The notes under the pieces are model-generated. The model saw only the letters and a program-made list of their open reading frames with translations, made no database searches and was not told the origin of the DNA. This document shows positions 11,501 through 26,422 of a stretch of DNA of 64,000 nucleotides, in pieces. Numbering within the stretch: the stretch's first letter is position 1; every line of letters starts with the position of its first letter. The position numbers were made by a program, and so were the translations under genes. Source of the stretch: the human T2T-CHM13v2.0 reference genome, Homo sapiens. The stretch lies in NCBI RefSeq assembly GCF_009914755.1, contig NC_060934.1; one strand, written 5' to 3'.

Positions 11501-14400
11501 AGAGCATAAAGCCTTGAGAACACAGAGTGTAAATTGTGTTATTGAGTCACTAGGGGTAATAGTGTGTTGCCACCCCCATTATCACCCCTTGATTCCTGGA
11601 CTCATGAATCCTGGACATGGAAGAAACAGCACCATAAATTGGATGCTGATTCAGAGCATATACAGCCTTCTGCAGAACTTTGCCCCAGCCCTGAAATATG
11701 TTGCCAACTAGCTAGTGCTGTAACTGAAGCTCCAAAAGGCCATTCCACTGTACTATCAAACCAGCTGCTTCAGGATGGTGAAGAACATGGTAAGACATGA
11801 ATTTCATTAGCATGAGATTACCATGCCTCTTTTGTGGTGAAGTGAGTTCCTTCATCAGAAACAATATGTGTGGAATATCACAATGGTTAGAAGGGCATTA
11901 TATATGTTCACTGATGGTAGTTTTTGCAGAAACGTTGCATGCAGTGAAGGCAAGTCTATAACTAGAGTGTCTATTTCAGCAAGAACAAAACACTGTTGCT
12001 TTCATGATGGAAGTGGTCCAATGTAATCAGCCTGCCACCAGGTAGCTGGCTCATCACCCAAGGGACTGTTACCATATTAGGGCTCAGTGTTGGTTTCTGC
12101 TACTAGCAGTCTTGGCACTCAGTAGTGGCTGTAACCAGGTTGGCTTTGGTGAGTGGAAGTCCATTTTGCTGAGCCCATGCATTACCTTCATCCCTGCCAC
12201 CAGGGCCATTTTTTTAATAAGCCAACTGGGTGATGACAGGGTTGTCTGGGGAAAGAGACCAACTGGTATCCATGGAATGGGTCATTCTGTCCATTTGATT
12301 ATTGAAGTCCTCTTCTACTGAGCTCACCCTTGGTGAGCATTCACATGGGATACAACTTTCACATTTTTTGTTCACTTGGTGATATCTCTCTACCTAAACC
12401 TTCCCCAAATTTGTCACCAATATTTCAATCATGTTTTCCCAAATATCTGACCATTCAGCTAAACCATTGGCCACAATTCATACTTCAAAATATAATCACA
12501 AATCTGGCCATTTCTCCTTCCAAGAAAAGTATGAAGCCAGTGAACTGTTGAAAGTTTTGCCTACTTGGAAGATTCTCCTTTCCCAATGTCCTCAAGGATG
12601 TCCCAGAGAGGGACTCTAGTGCTGCAACTGTCCACATTTAGGTAGTGCCTGTGTATCGTGAGGACCATGAATACTACCATCTGTAAACCAGGCCTTAGTC
12701 TTATCTTCCTCTGTTAACTGATCATAGAGAGTTACCCATAAGGCCATAAGTGTAGGTTGGGAGAGAGAAGACAGTATGGCAGGAGCAAGAACCATGGGCA
12801 TTAGAGACACTTCTTCATGTAACTTACTTCAACTTCAGGGTCTGCTTTGGGCTGAATGTGTATATATTATTTCCATCTAATAATGAAGTGTTGCTATGCA
12901 AGCTCAGATTTATGACTTGGTGGGTTAGATAACACCCAGTTTATGATGGGCAGCTTGGGTCGTATAGTAGTTTAGTGGACTATGGTCAAACATTTAGTTT
13001 CCACTAAGGCCCAGTAATAGGCCAAGAACTGTCTCTCAAAAAGAGAGCAGTTATCTGTAGATGATGGCAGGGCCTTGCTCTAATATCCTAAAGGATCATG
13101 CTGTGATTCATCTATAGGGGCAGGCCAAATGCTCCAATTGGTGTCTTTCTCTGCCTCTGACACTTCAGGCACCACTGAATTTGCTGAATCACATGGCTCA
13201 AGAGGCAGAGCACATTGCAGAGCAGCCTGAAGCTATTGCAGAGCCTTATTTTGTTCTTGGGCCCACTTATAATGAGCAGCTTTTCAGGTCACTTAGTAAA
13301 GAGTCCAAAGTAATACACCCAAATGAGAATATGTTGTCTCCAAAATCCAAAAGGCCCAGTAGGTACTGTGCCTCTTTCTTGATTGAGGGAAAAGCCCGAT
13401 GGAACAACATATTTTTCACCTTGAAAGGGATGTCATGACATTCCTCACACCACTGGACTGTTAGAGGTTTTGCTGAGGTAGAAGGCCCCTGGATTTCAAT
13501 TGAATTTATTTTCTACCCTCTGACATGCAACTATCTTACCAATAAGTCTAGAGTAGTTGTTACTTCTCTCTTACTGGGTTCAATCAGCATATCATTCATG
13601 CTACATCTTGTAGGAAAAAAGGATGATCAAGAACCCTGCAAAAGAAATTCTGACATAGACCTGGAGAATTTATAGATTCCTGAGGTAGGACAGTAAAGGT
13701 GTATTGTGGGTCTTGCCAGCTGAATGCAGACTGCTTGTAGTGTACCTTATGGACAGGGTAGGAAAATGGAATTTTCCAGATCAATAGCTGTATACAAGGT
13801 GCTAGAATATGTGATAATTTGTGCAAGCAATGAAACCACATCTAGTACAGCAGTTGCAATTGGAGTCACCACTTAATTAAGCTTGTAACAATCCACTGTC
13901 ATTCTCCAAAATCCATCTGTTCTTTGTACAGGCAAAATAGGAAATTGAGCACGGATGTGGTGGGATCACCAACCCTGCATCTTTCAAATTCTGCACCAGT
14001 CTCTACAGTCCCCCCAGGAATGCATCACTGCTTCTGATTTACTATTTTCTTAGGTAGAGGAAGTTCTAATGGCTCCCACTTGGCCTTTGTCACTACAATA
14101 GCCCTTACTTTGCAGTTCAGGGAACCAATACAGGGTTTCTACCAGCTGCTAAATATGTCTATTCTAGTTATGCCTTAAAGACTGGGGAAATAACCACAGG
14201 ATGCATTTGGGAACTCACTGGGCCCACGGTGAGATGGTCCTGATCAAAAATTGTATTGATCATATGACCTCTATAAGCTCCAGCTCTGGATGAAGGGTCA
14301 TGGTGATGTTTTAGATGTTCCGGAGTCATGTCAGAGCCAGTGTCCAGTAGTCCTTAAAAGTTATGTTTACTTCCTTTACTCCAATTCCTAGTTACCCTGT
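11500..14400 (-). pseudogene. ERV-L pro-pol remnant (protease, RT, RNase H, integrase) with many stops and frameshifts
   Basis: RT motif [27 protein letters not shown] (13596-13841); RNase H motif YDQLTEEDKTKAWFTDGS (12616-12810); protease-site complement cagagccagtgtccagtag near 14340. Confidence 0.88.
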
Positions 14401-15600
14401 TTAAAAGGCTGTAGGTACCTTTGGGGAAGGTTGGGAGAAATATTAACAGTTTAAAATAAGTTTTTGTTAGTGTACCAGCGTTCTTCCTTGAGAGAGAATA
14501 GCCTTGCTTTCACTCAAGGGGTTCTGGGTCTGTAAATGCCTTAGGGCTTAGAATTGACTGAGAGGCTTTGACTTTGTTTATATGATTTGAGTTAGACTTT
14601 TGTTCACTTGAACAAGAACTTTTCTGCTTACAGGTCAAGTAAAAATTGAGTGGGCTTCCTATCTATTTCACTTCGAGAAACACCAGGATTAACTAGCCAA
14701 CACCATAGGTCTGCATGAGTCAGATTATTCTGATTGCTGCATTGAATCTGCTGTCCGGTAAGGAAACTATGCCCAACTTTCTTTTGCTGGTTGGGTGCCT
14801 CTGCTTGGCCCCTGTCACTCTGGGATCCAATTATGCCTATTGTATTTAGGTTTTCCAGTTGAGTGGCTGCAGTTCTTACTGTGAGGTCTCATACAGAGAA
14901 GAACATTCATGGACTACTTCAAGGATGCTAGGGCTCCTTTCACAAATTTATATCTCAAAATTTCAGTGAAAGCCATGTCTTCTGGAACCTCCTAGTGTGG
15001 GAGAGTAGGTCTTATATGACAAATCTACTCTAATTTTCCAATCTCTCTAAGCCTTAGTATCCCTTCCTCTACATTAAACCAAGAAAGGTTAAGTGTCTTT
15101 AATTCATTCACTGTGAGCCATATTTTGATCCATGTTTCAGCCAACTAACCAGCCAAACTGTTAGAGCCCTTTTTAACTCTCTGAGCTGTAATGCTAAATG
15201 AAAAATCTTTGTTTAGTGGGCCCATGTCAATAAACTTGGTTTGATCCAACTTTAGGCTCCTTCTACTATTATTATATACCCTTAATATTATCCCCATGCA
15301 TGTTCCCTAGATTTCTGCTTGTATAAGTTAGAAAATTCAAGTTGTTATTTTGGATTATGGCATACCTCATTAGAGGTCATACATTGTACCTCACCTTTAG
15401 GGGCCTGCTAGGGTCTAGATATAGGTCTAGATGCAAAGATGGGTGTTGGGAGTGGGCCAGGAGTATAATCAGCATTGCCTTGCATGGAAACTGCTTTAGG
15501 GGAGGCCATTACCATTTTTTCAGTCAATGAAGGGTTAATCCCCTCAAATAAATGTGGAAAGACCAGTGTGGGTGGCCACTTCCTCTGGCAAAAAAAAAAA
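14400..15600 (-). pseudogene. ERV-L gag remnant, 5' part deleted
   Basis: Position between pro and the 5' LTR; ORF 15408..15662 contains EGINPSLTEKMVMASPKAV...PIFASRPISR, which is ERV-L gag-like. Confidence 0.75.
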
Positions 15601-15694
15601 AAGACTATGTCCTTCTGTTTTCCTATTTTCTTCCTTAGATTATATCCTACTAGAAAGCACAACTATATCTGCCTCACTCACCCCTGAATTCCAG

Positions 15695-16082
<388 letters not shown>

Positions 16083-16409
16083 CAAACATATAAAGAATAC
16101 CTTTGTAAAGAATAGAAGGCATTACTAAACTTACCACTTTGACACTTAGATTGAGAATATCTGTATATGCCTTTCTGTGTACTCAGAAGTAACTATTATA
16201 GTGATCTTGGCATTTTCATTACCTTCTATTGTTTCCTTACAGATGTCTAAGGAAATAAATTATTGTTTTGGCATATTTTTAAAATGATATGATAATGAAT
16301 GTTATACATTCATTAAATTGCATTTTTCTGTATTCATATGCAACTTGCCTTTTGCAGTCAACATTATGTTAGGAAATAAAATCATGTTGATATATATGTC
16401 TATTCTGGA

Positions 16410-16855
16410 TGCTGTGGTACGCTGTTCAGATTTCCTTTTCAGGATCCTCAGAACGGAGCTACTCATTCCTTCAGCAGCTGGCTGTTTTGGCTGCTGATCA
16501 CTCTCTGCTGAGACCCTTTCCAGGCCTTTCCTTCCAGATTCCCTTAGCTAAAGGGATCTGCCTTGTTCCACGTTACACCTCCCCAGTAGCAACTGTCCAA
16601 TGACTGGTGGGTGAAATTACAAATATATAACCCCCTTTCCTGATTTTGGATGACTTTGAAAAGTTATCCCTATTTCAGAGCTCCACGTAGGATGAGCTGA
16701 GCTCTTTGCTCTGACTGCATCGCCGTAAACATCTCCTGCCCAGTCCTACCTCCTTTATTCCTTCATAGGTGTTGTTCCCAAAAGCAATCACTCATAAATT
16801 TTCTTGGTACAATGTCCGAGTCAGAGACTGTTTTCTGGGAACTTGGCCTCAGACA
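16410..16855 (+). mobile_element. LTR16-like (ERVL) solo LTR nested in an old L1ME fragment (~16200-17000, minus)
   Basis: tgctgtgg...gagctccacgtaggatgagctgag...cagagactgttttctgggaacttggcctcagaca. Confidence 0.7.
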
Positions 16856-18659
16856 ATGCTTTCTACATAAGTTGTTTTTACTGCTGAATAGCATTCTATT
16901 GTATAACCATATTACAATTTATTTATCCATTCAACTATTGATGGGAATCAAGATTGCTTTTAAGATATTTAATACTTATAGATCTTTCTGTGTGCATATT
17001 TGAGCAGAATTAGTTAAGAGTAACCCTACAAACGTATTTGTTGAGTTATAACTTTTCTATCCTAACTTTGAAAGGAACTATGAGGAAACTCCAAAATTAT
17101 AAAATTTGCATTACTCTGAATCTTCATATCAAAAACTTCCGTTTTCCAAAGTAGCTCTTGATATTTTGGGCACTGACTTCTATCAGAGGATATTCTTTCC
17201 TGTCAAACTTGCCTTAGCATTGCTTCTCAATGCTCTTAAAAAATCTTTGATGTCTACTCAAGGACAAGGGCCCTGTTCCTCCTGGATCCAATAGGATTCC
17301 TATTCTTTTACTACAGTTGTGTGATCTGAAGTTATTATAGTTTCCCAGTGTCCAACATGTAAGAATTCCTGTTTCTTAACTTTCAACTGTTCAGAGCTTT
17401 TTCATTTTACACACAAGTTCTAACATAATTGAATTCTGCCTTTAAGATAAAAATAGATTGTGTTTATCTAAATACTATCTATGTTAACATAACTTTTGGG
17501 GATCTAATTCATATGCTCCTATTCCTCCTGTGTTTTGACATCTGTAATATCCTGTTCGGGGGATCATAACACCTCAAGCAATAACATTGCTGTTTAGATT
17601 ATCTGATTCATGTAACAAGCTGGGCTTCAACTTAGGTATGCTTATCTTTGAGTTATTCATATTCTAATGTTTACAATACAGTTTATTAAAAACAATTTGA
17701 ACTCCATAGTAGTCAGGTTATCCTTGAAAGAAAAACATATGTTAATTGATCATTTAAGAATTTACTGCCTAAAACAGAGCCTTCTGTCTCAGAGCTGACA
17801 TTATTACTGACATTTTTTTCTTTATTAACAGTTAATTTTGTCTCCAGCATTCTTGTACGAATGGGTAATTCCTACAAATAAAGTAGGAATTTATAGAGTT
17901 TGAAAAAATGTTTATTGTACATTTACATTTCTATGTATTTATGCTAGCTTTCGAATAAGACTTTAACTTTGCTTGTAATTTTGTGTGAAATTTAAATCAA
18001 TGTAAATGTGAATTAAACAAGCCATTTCCTTTATATATGACTTCACTGAGACCCAGAGTGTAGAAACCTCTTTTCCTGTTTCACTAGGGATGTAGTAGAT
18101 GTAGGAATAGGACTCAATTCCACTTTCTTGTGTCCCATAGTAACTCTTCTGACTTTCTCTTCCACTTAAATATAACAAGAAATCCTGTGATCCCTAGAAT
18201 GAAATCATTTTACTTCATAATATGGAGGCCAAGACTATCCAGTTTTTGCTCTTGTTGGGTTCCTTCCTTGCCTGGGATGTCTCTGCTCTGTATTTGTGAC
18301 TGTCTCACATGAGATGGAAGCTCTTGCATACAGAAATAGCTTTTTGTACTATATGGATAAAGAGCAAAATGTAAAAAAAACTCTGCAGTTTTCATTAACT
18401 TATATTACGGAAACACTTATATAACATTTTGTTAAATATGCTTTTTCTAAGGAGAAATAATCAGACATATCGATTATGGAATAAGAAAAACAAAAATAAA
18501 AAAGCTTTCAACAACTCATGATCAGGAAATAGGACATACAGAATACACTTCATTTTTCTGACTCCAGGGAAAGCTCTTACTGTGACATCAACCTCTAAAT
18601 ATTTTGATTGAGCTGTCAGTGTAGAGTGTTGTAGTAAAGTTAACATTTCAGAAACAGAT

Positions 18660-18870
18660 AATCTAGAGTCTTTATGCCAATTTTACCATGGATGAGCTAC
18701 GTGATCTTAGACAAGTCACCTTAGCTCTCTAATTATTAGGTTCTTTTACTGGAAAACAGGGAAACATACCATTTACTTTAAAATGCCTGGTTAGGATTAA
18801 TGACAATATATAAAAATAAGTTAGCCCAATGCCTGACTCATAAAAATGCATTGATAAATGAGAAATATAC
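18660..18870 (+). mobile_element. MIR fragment
   Basis: gtgatcttagacaagtcaccttagctctct...ttaggattaatg core. Confidence 0.65.
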
Positions 18871-18962
18871 CTAAAATGAATTATGTGAATATAATTATTT
18901 TAATTATTTCTATGCATATTATAATTCTTGAAACTCAAGTACAAGCAAATATTCTCTCTTCA

Positions 18963-19271
<309 letters not shown>

Positions 19272-22200
19272 TAAAACCTGTAGTGCAAGGGGCCATTTCT
19301 CACCTTGAGAAAAGGGATTCAATGGACTGAAAGAGAGACATATCCCATGTAAGCAAGAAATAATGAATGTGCAGTCCCCCTGGGAACACTGAAGGGAAGC
19401 ACTCACATGGTATTGTCAACAGAAGCCAGTGTTTGACTAGGGAGAGTTCAGAAGCAGTATCCAACTTCCTCTCAGGGTGACTCCTACCTTTCCTGAATCA
19501 AAGCAGCAACCTGACCTGCTAGGACCACCAACACTTCTCCTGTAATCACACTGATGCCCACAGGGCTCCACAGAAACATCTTCCACACATTCCTCCCTGC
19601 TTCAGTGTCTATATAAATACCTGGATCCTCTCACTGGCCACACTTAAGAGTCTTTGTACATGGATGCTTTTCCTGTTTTTCCTCTTTTTTCACTTCATTG
19701 CCTTTGCCTCACCTTTCCCCGCCTTCACAATTGCACCTAGGTTATACATACTATGTAGAGACATAGCAGGAAATCAGGAAACCCCGAAGTGAACATAAAC
19801 TCAGCCAAGAAAATCACTAGGGACTGACAGCAGTGACAAGGCAGAATTTGCTCACATTCAGGAATGATATATTCATTTCCCACCTTGCCTGCCCCTGCTG
19901 TGATTTTTCTGGGGCACAATTCACAGCCCTGAGAAGGGAGATGCTGTTTTCAACTTACAGGAACCCACGGACTGCTCTCTTCCACAGACTCCTTGGCTGT
20001 CTCCTGGCCCTCAGTTTGGAGCAGATGGAGAGCCTGGGGTATTTCTGCATATTTGCTATGTGAGGTCCTCACCTACTGAGAGCTTCTCTCCCATCCCCAC
20101 CATTTCCTCCCACTCTTTAGAAACAAGACAACTGCCTTAAGACCCAATCATTTTGTTTTCAGAAAATTTTGCCGCTTCACACACTACTGCCTAATTAATG
20201 TTTCCGTAAAGGGCACTGAACTTGGTTTAGGGTATCTGGGATGGAACTAGGCTGTCGCTCACTTGCTCCATAATGTTGGGAAAGTTATTCAGCCTCTCTG
20301 ATCCTCCATCTTCTGACTGTTGAAACACAGATAAGCTCTCACCCAAATGGTAGTTGGGAGGGGTATGAATGATGTATATGAAGATGCCTTATATATAAGA
20401 ATTGCTTCCTGAAAATTAGCCAAAGTTAATATCATGTCATTCTTCTGCTCAAGAGCCAATAGTGGCTCCTTATTCCTTAAAGGTATGGGCCCAAATTCAT
20501 TTGCCTTCTGTCTTCTTACACAGGTATCTGCAACCCCAGATTGTTCTTATGTGGCTGTGGCTCTGTTTCCCCTTTCATGTTTCTCAAGTGTATATAAATA
20601 ATATACATATTACTTTCCATTGGCTGATCACCTTTTTCTGTCTTGCATGCACAATGAGCTCCCTTTCCCCTCATTACGTTGACTGAGATTCTCCCTACAG
20701 GTCTCACCTTCCCATATGTTTATTGATAAAAAATGTTACACAGCCACAGAATCTGATCACTTCCGTAGGTGGATGTTTTGCAGATTTAATCACCAACTTT
20801 GCATTTACTCATCTACTCGTTCAGTAAATAACCCCAAGAACGCTGTGCCAGACACACTGTTTGGAATTCAGGGATGAATAAGGCAGATAGAGTTGTGCTC
20901 TCAAGTAGTACATAATCAGAGGAAGAAAATAGAAAAAATGGACATAGAGAAAATTGCTTACCTTGACAGCAAGCACTGGCTTCTCTCTTGATGAGAGACT
21001 GATTTGTTGAGTCATTTAAGTTAAAACCTATGTGTAGAAGGCAATGCTCTGAGTATCTGATGCTAAATGTTGGTAACCTAAATTTATAAAGGAAACAGAT
21101 TTGAGTTTCCAGGGCAGCCTTGAAGGGAGAGGATGAGGAGCAGACATGGTACAGAGATGCAGACACCCTTTTCTGTACATGCAGTCCCCTTCCTCTGATT
21201 TCTCCCAAAATATGTAGGGAAGTATATTTTACTGTAAAATGTGGGTAGTGAATGCTATTACCTTGGATGCTTATGCTGCTGGTCTGAGGACCATACTTTG
21301 AGAAGCACTATTTTCTGAAGGAGCACAAGACTGTTTCTAAAAGGGTGAGCCATAATAAGACTTGGGAAGACCATCAAGATAGGAGACAGAGCTGGCTTCA
21401 GCAAATTTGTGAAATTAGCTGAGTTTTTTTTTTGGTTCCCTAAGGTTTCTATAATCATTATTGCACTAATAATTGTTCAGTACCCTATATTTGTTCGCTG
21501 AAGTTCCAGAAGTAGCATAGGACCAAAATTTATGATTTCAACATGGCATCTTCCAAAGTTTCCATGGCCCCTGTGATTTGCTTTTCACCATTGGCAAGTG
21601 CAAAATATCTCATAATTATGTTCCCATCCAGTCTTTAAGATTTGATCCAAATTTCCATGACACCTCTCTAAGGATTATTTGTGTTTAACACAAATACATC
21701 TGAGATATTGAGATAGAGATTGGAGAGAGATATTTCAAGGAATGGGATCTAGGTGGCAAAGGATTCAGGCCATACAGACAACCACTTACTAACAACTTCT
21801 GTCCACTGAGACTCACGCATGTTATTACTCAGCACGAGGTCCACCTGTTAGTGAAATATACTTTTCTTTTATGACAAGCCATACCTGATATGCTTGCATA
21901 CACACAGACTCATACCACATACACTCACACAAATTAACACACACATAGTCACGCACATTCATACTCCGCAAGAAACAAAGCCAAAAATTAATCCTGCTTC
22001 TTCTTTTGGTTGATTCTGCCCGATTTGTGCCAGGGGAGATCAGGTCTAAATATATATAAACACCAGAGCTTCTCAGTTCAATTAAATGTCCCTTGCACAC
22101 CTTAATTTGAGAGGAAATTACTGTAAATATTTTATTTAAAATTTAATAATTTTATTTTGTTTTATTTTTATTAATATTTTGTTAAATAAAAACATATTTG

Positions 22201-22599
22201 TTAGATCTTGGATTGTAAGCATGTTAAAGCTAGAAAGTTAGCAATATTTAATAAAGTAATTGTAGGTTAAGAAACTATTGTCCAGTAAATAACTGTTTTA
22301 ATTAAAACAGTTAAAAGATGTAAAAGATAACTTTTTAAGTAGGAATACAAAAAGGGTTTATTAAAAATTTTACTGGACCAAATGGATGTTTCAAGTTTTA
22401 GGAGACAGAAATACAGAAACCCTAAGTATATTTCATTTTATATGCCAAAAGTTTATTTTAAATAGCAGCAAATAGTGAAGTTGGGGAAAAGTCTGCTATG
22501 ACTGGATTATCGCTAACATCCTTGGTGTAGCACTAACTTGGGTGTCAGTGCACACAAGGCTGGTGTCTGTACTTTTTCACTACCTTCTTCTACAATATC

Positions 22600-23350
22600 A
22601 CCCTCAGCTTTAGCTGGGGATTAATATGTTTTTATATCTATCCTCATTGCTGCCACCCTAGGTAAAGCCATCATCCACTTCCGTTGGCACTAGTCTCATT
22701 TCCTTCTAGCTGGTGTCCTGTAGCTATTCTTGCACCCTGTAGCTCATTCTCCTCACTGGATTTAGAGTAACTGTTTCCAAACCCAAATACAACTGTAGGA
22801 GAATGAGCTCTTTAAAAAAACAAACAAACAAACAAACAACACTCAATGACTTCCCATAATTCCTTAGGACAAAAGTCTATATCTTTAATAAGCAATAACC
22901 TCTCCAATATTCAATATTGTTTTATCCCTGTCTCCTTTTGTATTTTGAAATTGCACAAAACCCTTGGGGATCCAAAAACTGGTCTTTTTTTCAGTGTCTA
23001 AGAGACCTTGTTCCAGCCTCCTGTGCAATGCTTGACCTTTGTAAACACCTCACCTGTGCCATGAATGCTTTTCACATATCATCCCCATCTACCCCTTTAT
23101 CTATTATTTCCTCTTTATTCTTTAGATCTTTGTTCAGTCATTCCTTCCCAGGAGAAGCTTTCTCTGAGTCTCTTACCCAGGCCATATCCCCAATGGCACA
23201 CTCTCAGAACACATGTAAAATACTGAATACAACTTTAATTTGACATCTTTATCCTCTGTTAGACTGTAGTCACTATCAATGCAAGCACATGTCTGTCCTC
23301 ACCATTGAATCCCATTTGCTTCAAGGACGGGACACAGAAGGAATTGAATA
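22600..23350 (+). mobile_element. L2 fragment
   Basis: Pyrimidine-rich L2 3' sequence (ctcaatgacttcccat...ccttcccaggagaagctttctctga...ttagactgta...ttgaataaa). Confidence 0.6.
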
Positions 23351-23569
23351 AAGTCATGGAAAATGAAACTCAGGTTGGTCTTCTCACTGGCTTCTTAAAG
23401 GAATGAGCACATTGTGATCCTGCTCTGTATCGTGGAGAAAGACCCAAGGAAAGTTCCCATTTCCAGTTAAGCTCAGCCTAACCTCTCTTAATAGCTATTC
23501 CTAGTTCTGCCATTCATTAACTCAACTTATACTTTCCATAAACATGTGTAACAAGTATCTGTACTCCTG

Positions 23570-24070
23570 TTCTATGTGTAGGAGACTTCCCACCTCATAA
23601 GTATTGAAAGAAGGCAGAATTTACTTCCCAGTATGAAGTGAAGATGCTAGCTACTCCCTTTTCCAACTTCTCCTATAGCTAGGATGCAGGGATGTGATCT
23701 AGACTCTGCAAAACAAGTGCACTCATGTCTACTTTGATTTCAAAGCTAGTGAGGCAAAAAAAGGTAAAACACAAGAGGTGGTGGAGCTCATGTTGGTGAA
23801 GATGGCGGCAGGAAAAAAAAAAGCATATCCGAGATCCAGAAGCAGTAGTGGTAACAGTTCACTCACTCTTAGGTACCTGGGTACAGTGGTAACATCATGG
23901 GACATGTGGCATGACTTTGGCTATTTTTTTTTCTGTGTGGTGTGCAAGCATGGCTTTTCAGTTCTCTACGAAATGCATTGAACTACTCAATGTCTTAGTA
24001 AATTCACTTTCTGCTCAAATTAGGCAGAGTCAGTGTCTTGTAATTTCAGCAGAAAAATCTAACTCACTAG
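23570..24070 (+). mobile_element. LTR33-like old ERVL LTR
   Basis: 3' end agtaaattcactttctgctcaaattaggcagagtcagtg...aatctaactcacta; internal tagctaggatgcagggatgtgatctag. Confidence 0.55.
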
Positions 24071-24734
24071 CCTCATACATATAGTCTGAAAAGAAAGATA
24101 TGCAAGTAAATAGTCAATTACTATGTAATGTTACTCAAGGGTTTATTAAAACCTATTTACAAATGGTCCATATGTCTTGCCTATACCAGGTCCTAGGACA
24201 TTCTAGATTCCCTACTTGCTTGCCAACAATATTTATGGGAAGCAGTAGTTCCCTGAAAAAGCACTCTCAACATGAAATAAGATTTCCTTTTATTTGCAAC
24301 GCCTTGCCTCAGAAGGCACCTGCTGTTTCCTAGAGGTGAGAATTCAGTGGAAAAACATATATGTAGTCATATTGTTTGTCATAAAACCTCTGTGCTACAA
24401 GGGACTCTAAAAATCACCCCAACTAAACCCAGTTTTGAATTTCCTTTCCTTTTCTGCAATGCCCAAGTAGCCATTGCGCTTTGGCTTTGAATATCTATAG
24501 TGACAAGGAACTTGCAATACCACATCAAGGAAACTCTTTCATCGTTGAACAGTCCTAGATTTGAAAAGTTAGTTCTCAAATTAGCTCAAAATACATTTCT
24601 ATCCACTTTGTTGATACAGAATAAATCTATTCCCTTTTCCTCAGTTTGCAATTTATATCATTTGTCATGTTATTTTCCTACATCTTCCTTTTCAGTCCAT
24701 GTTAAAATAACAGTACAATGTAGAGCTTTGTTTG

Positions 24735-26420
24735 CTCCCAGTTAGGATGTAGAAAGTTATCAAAAGCCATCACTCCTTCTTTAACAATACAAAAGCCTGA
24801 ATAAACGAAAACAAAATAACACCTTCTTTTAAAGCCATTAAAGAATCTCAGACACAAGGAACTTAAATAAACTAAATTTCAAAGAGGATCAGTCTATTCC
24901 TAGGTGAGCAAGGTCCATTGGCTGCTTTTGTGCTTGGAATTAGTTGCCTATTCTTTTTATGGGTAAGTGGGAGAGCAAACCTACAATATGTGAAGAGAGT
25001 TTTCCGGTACAAGGAGAAATCAGGAAATTTTTAATGACATTATGGGTTGTTAAGTACTATAACAGTGCAGACCCTTAAACATAAAATTATCGCTCCTCAT
25101 GATTTTTATATCTTGTAGTGCTTCGATCTCAAAGGCCTGCTATAGAGAAGAATGGAACTCATCCTCAAAACATTCAAAAGTGAAGTTGAATTGAAACTAA
25201 ATAAAGCTTCAGGTTGCCCTCTTCAGATTAGCAACTGATTAAAATTAAGTGATTAGCCCTTCCCCATAGCTGCCTGACATAGGAAAAAGCATGAGGTCTC
25301 TGGAAAAACAACATGTATATTGTCTACTTCAGTCTCTAATGTTTTATAACAGTATCTGCCATACAATAAAAAATAATATAGGATAAACAACAAAGCATAG
25401 AAATACAACCCATAATCAAGAGGCAAATTTCCCAATAAAGAAAAGAAAAATCAATAGAAACACTCAAAAACAACCTATGTATTAAAGTTACAGGCAAGGA
25501 CCTTAAATGTATCACATATCTGTTAAAGAGTCTGAAGTGAAAAATAGACATGTGGGAGCATATGGGAAATTTTGATGAAAAAATGAAAATTCTCGGCAGG
25601 AAACATATAGACATTCCTGAATTTGAGTTATAAAAAACCCCAACATCTAAAATTAAAAATTCATTAGAAAAGATTAGCAGCAGAATGACACACAAGAGGA
25701 AAGATGGTTGAACTCCAGGATAGGTCAATCAAAATTATCTAAACTAAAAATCAAAGACAAAAATAAAATAAAATAAATTAAAAACAGACCATTAGATACC
25801 TGCAGGACAAAATTAAATGATTTAACTCCATAAATTAGAGTTGCACATGGAGATACATTGAAGATATAACGAAAAAAAGCATTCCAAAGTAAAGAATGAC
25901 ATCAGCCCACAGATCTAAGTACTCAGTAAGCCCCAAGCTAGAGAAATACAAAGAAGGTTACACCAAGGTAAATCAAAAATTTTTTTAAAAAATTGTAAAA
26001 GTGGCCATAGAAACAGAAATATATTACATTTCGGGGAACAAAAATAAAAATGCCATTTGATACTTTATTGGGAACAAAAGACAACAGGATTATTTCTTTA
26101 AGGTGATTTTAAAAACTTGACAATCTAGAATTCTATATACTGTTGAGAGAAAACAAAGCTGAAATAAAAATAACTTGATATAAATAACAGCTTAAAGAAT
26201 TAGATGCCAGGAGACCCATATGACAAGAAATGCAAAAGGATATTCTTTAGGTTGAATAAAATCTGGGTAGATGAAAGCCAAACCTTTATGAAGTAATAAA
26301 AGGACCACAGTGGCAAATATGTAGTAAAACATCATTTTAAAAATTTATACTGACAGAATGAGTGGCTACTTAAAGCCAAATGAAACTTCAAAGTATTACA
26401 GAGTTCACAACACATAAAGA
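24735..26420 (+). mobile_element. Old L1M 5' region/ORF1 remnant
   Basis: A-rich ORF1-like tracts (aaaattaaaaattcattagaaaagattagcagcagaatgacac; caatctagaattctatatac). Confidence 0.65.
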
Positions 26421-26422
26421 AA

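Noticed and set aside
1860-14430. Inverted homology between 1860-2560 and ~13700-14430 as a local inverted duplication
   Set aside because: The similarity is low and is explained by two separate ERV-L-class elements.
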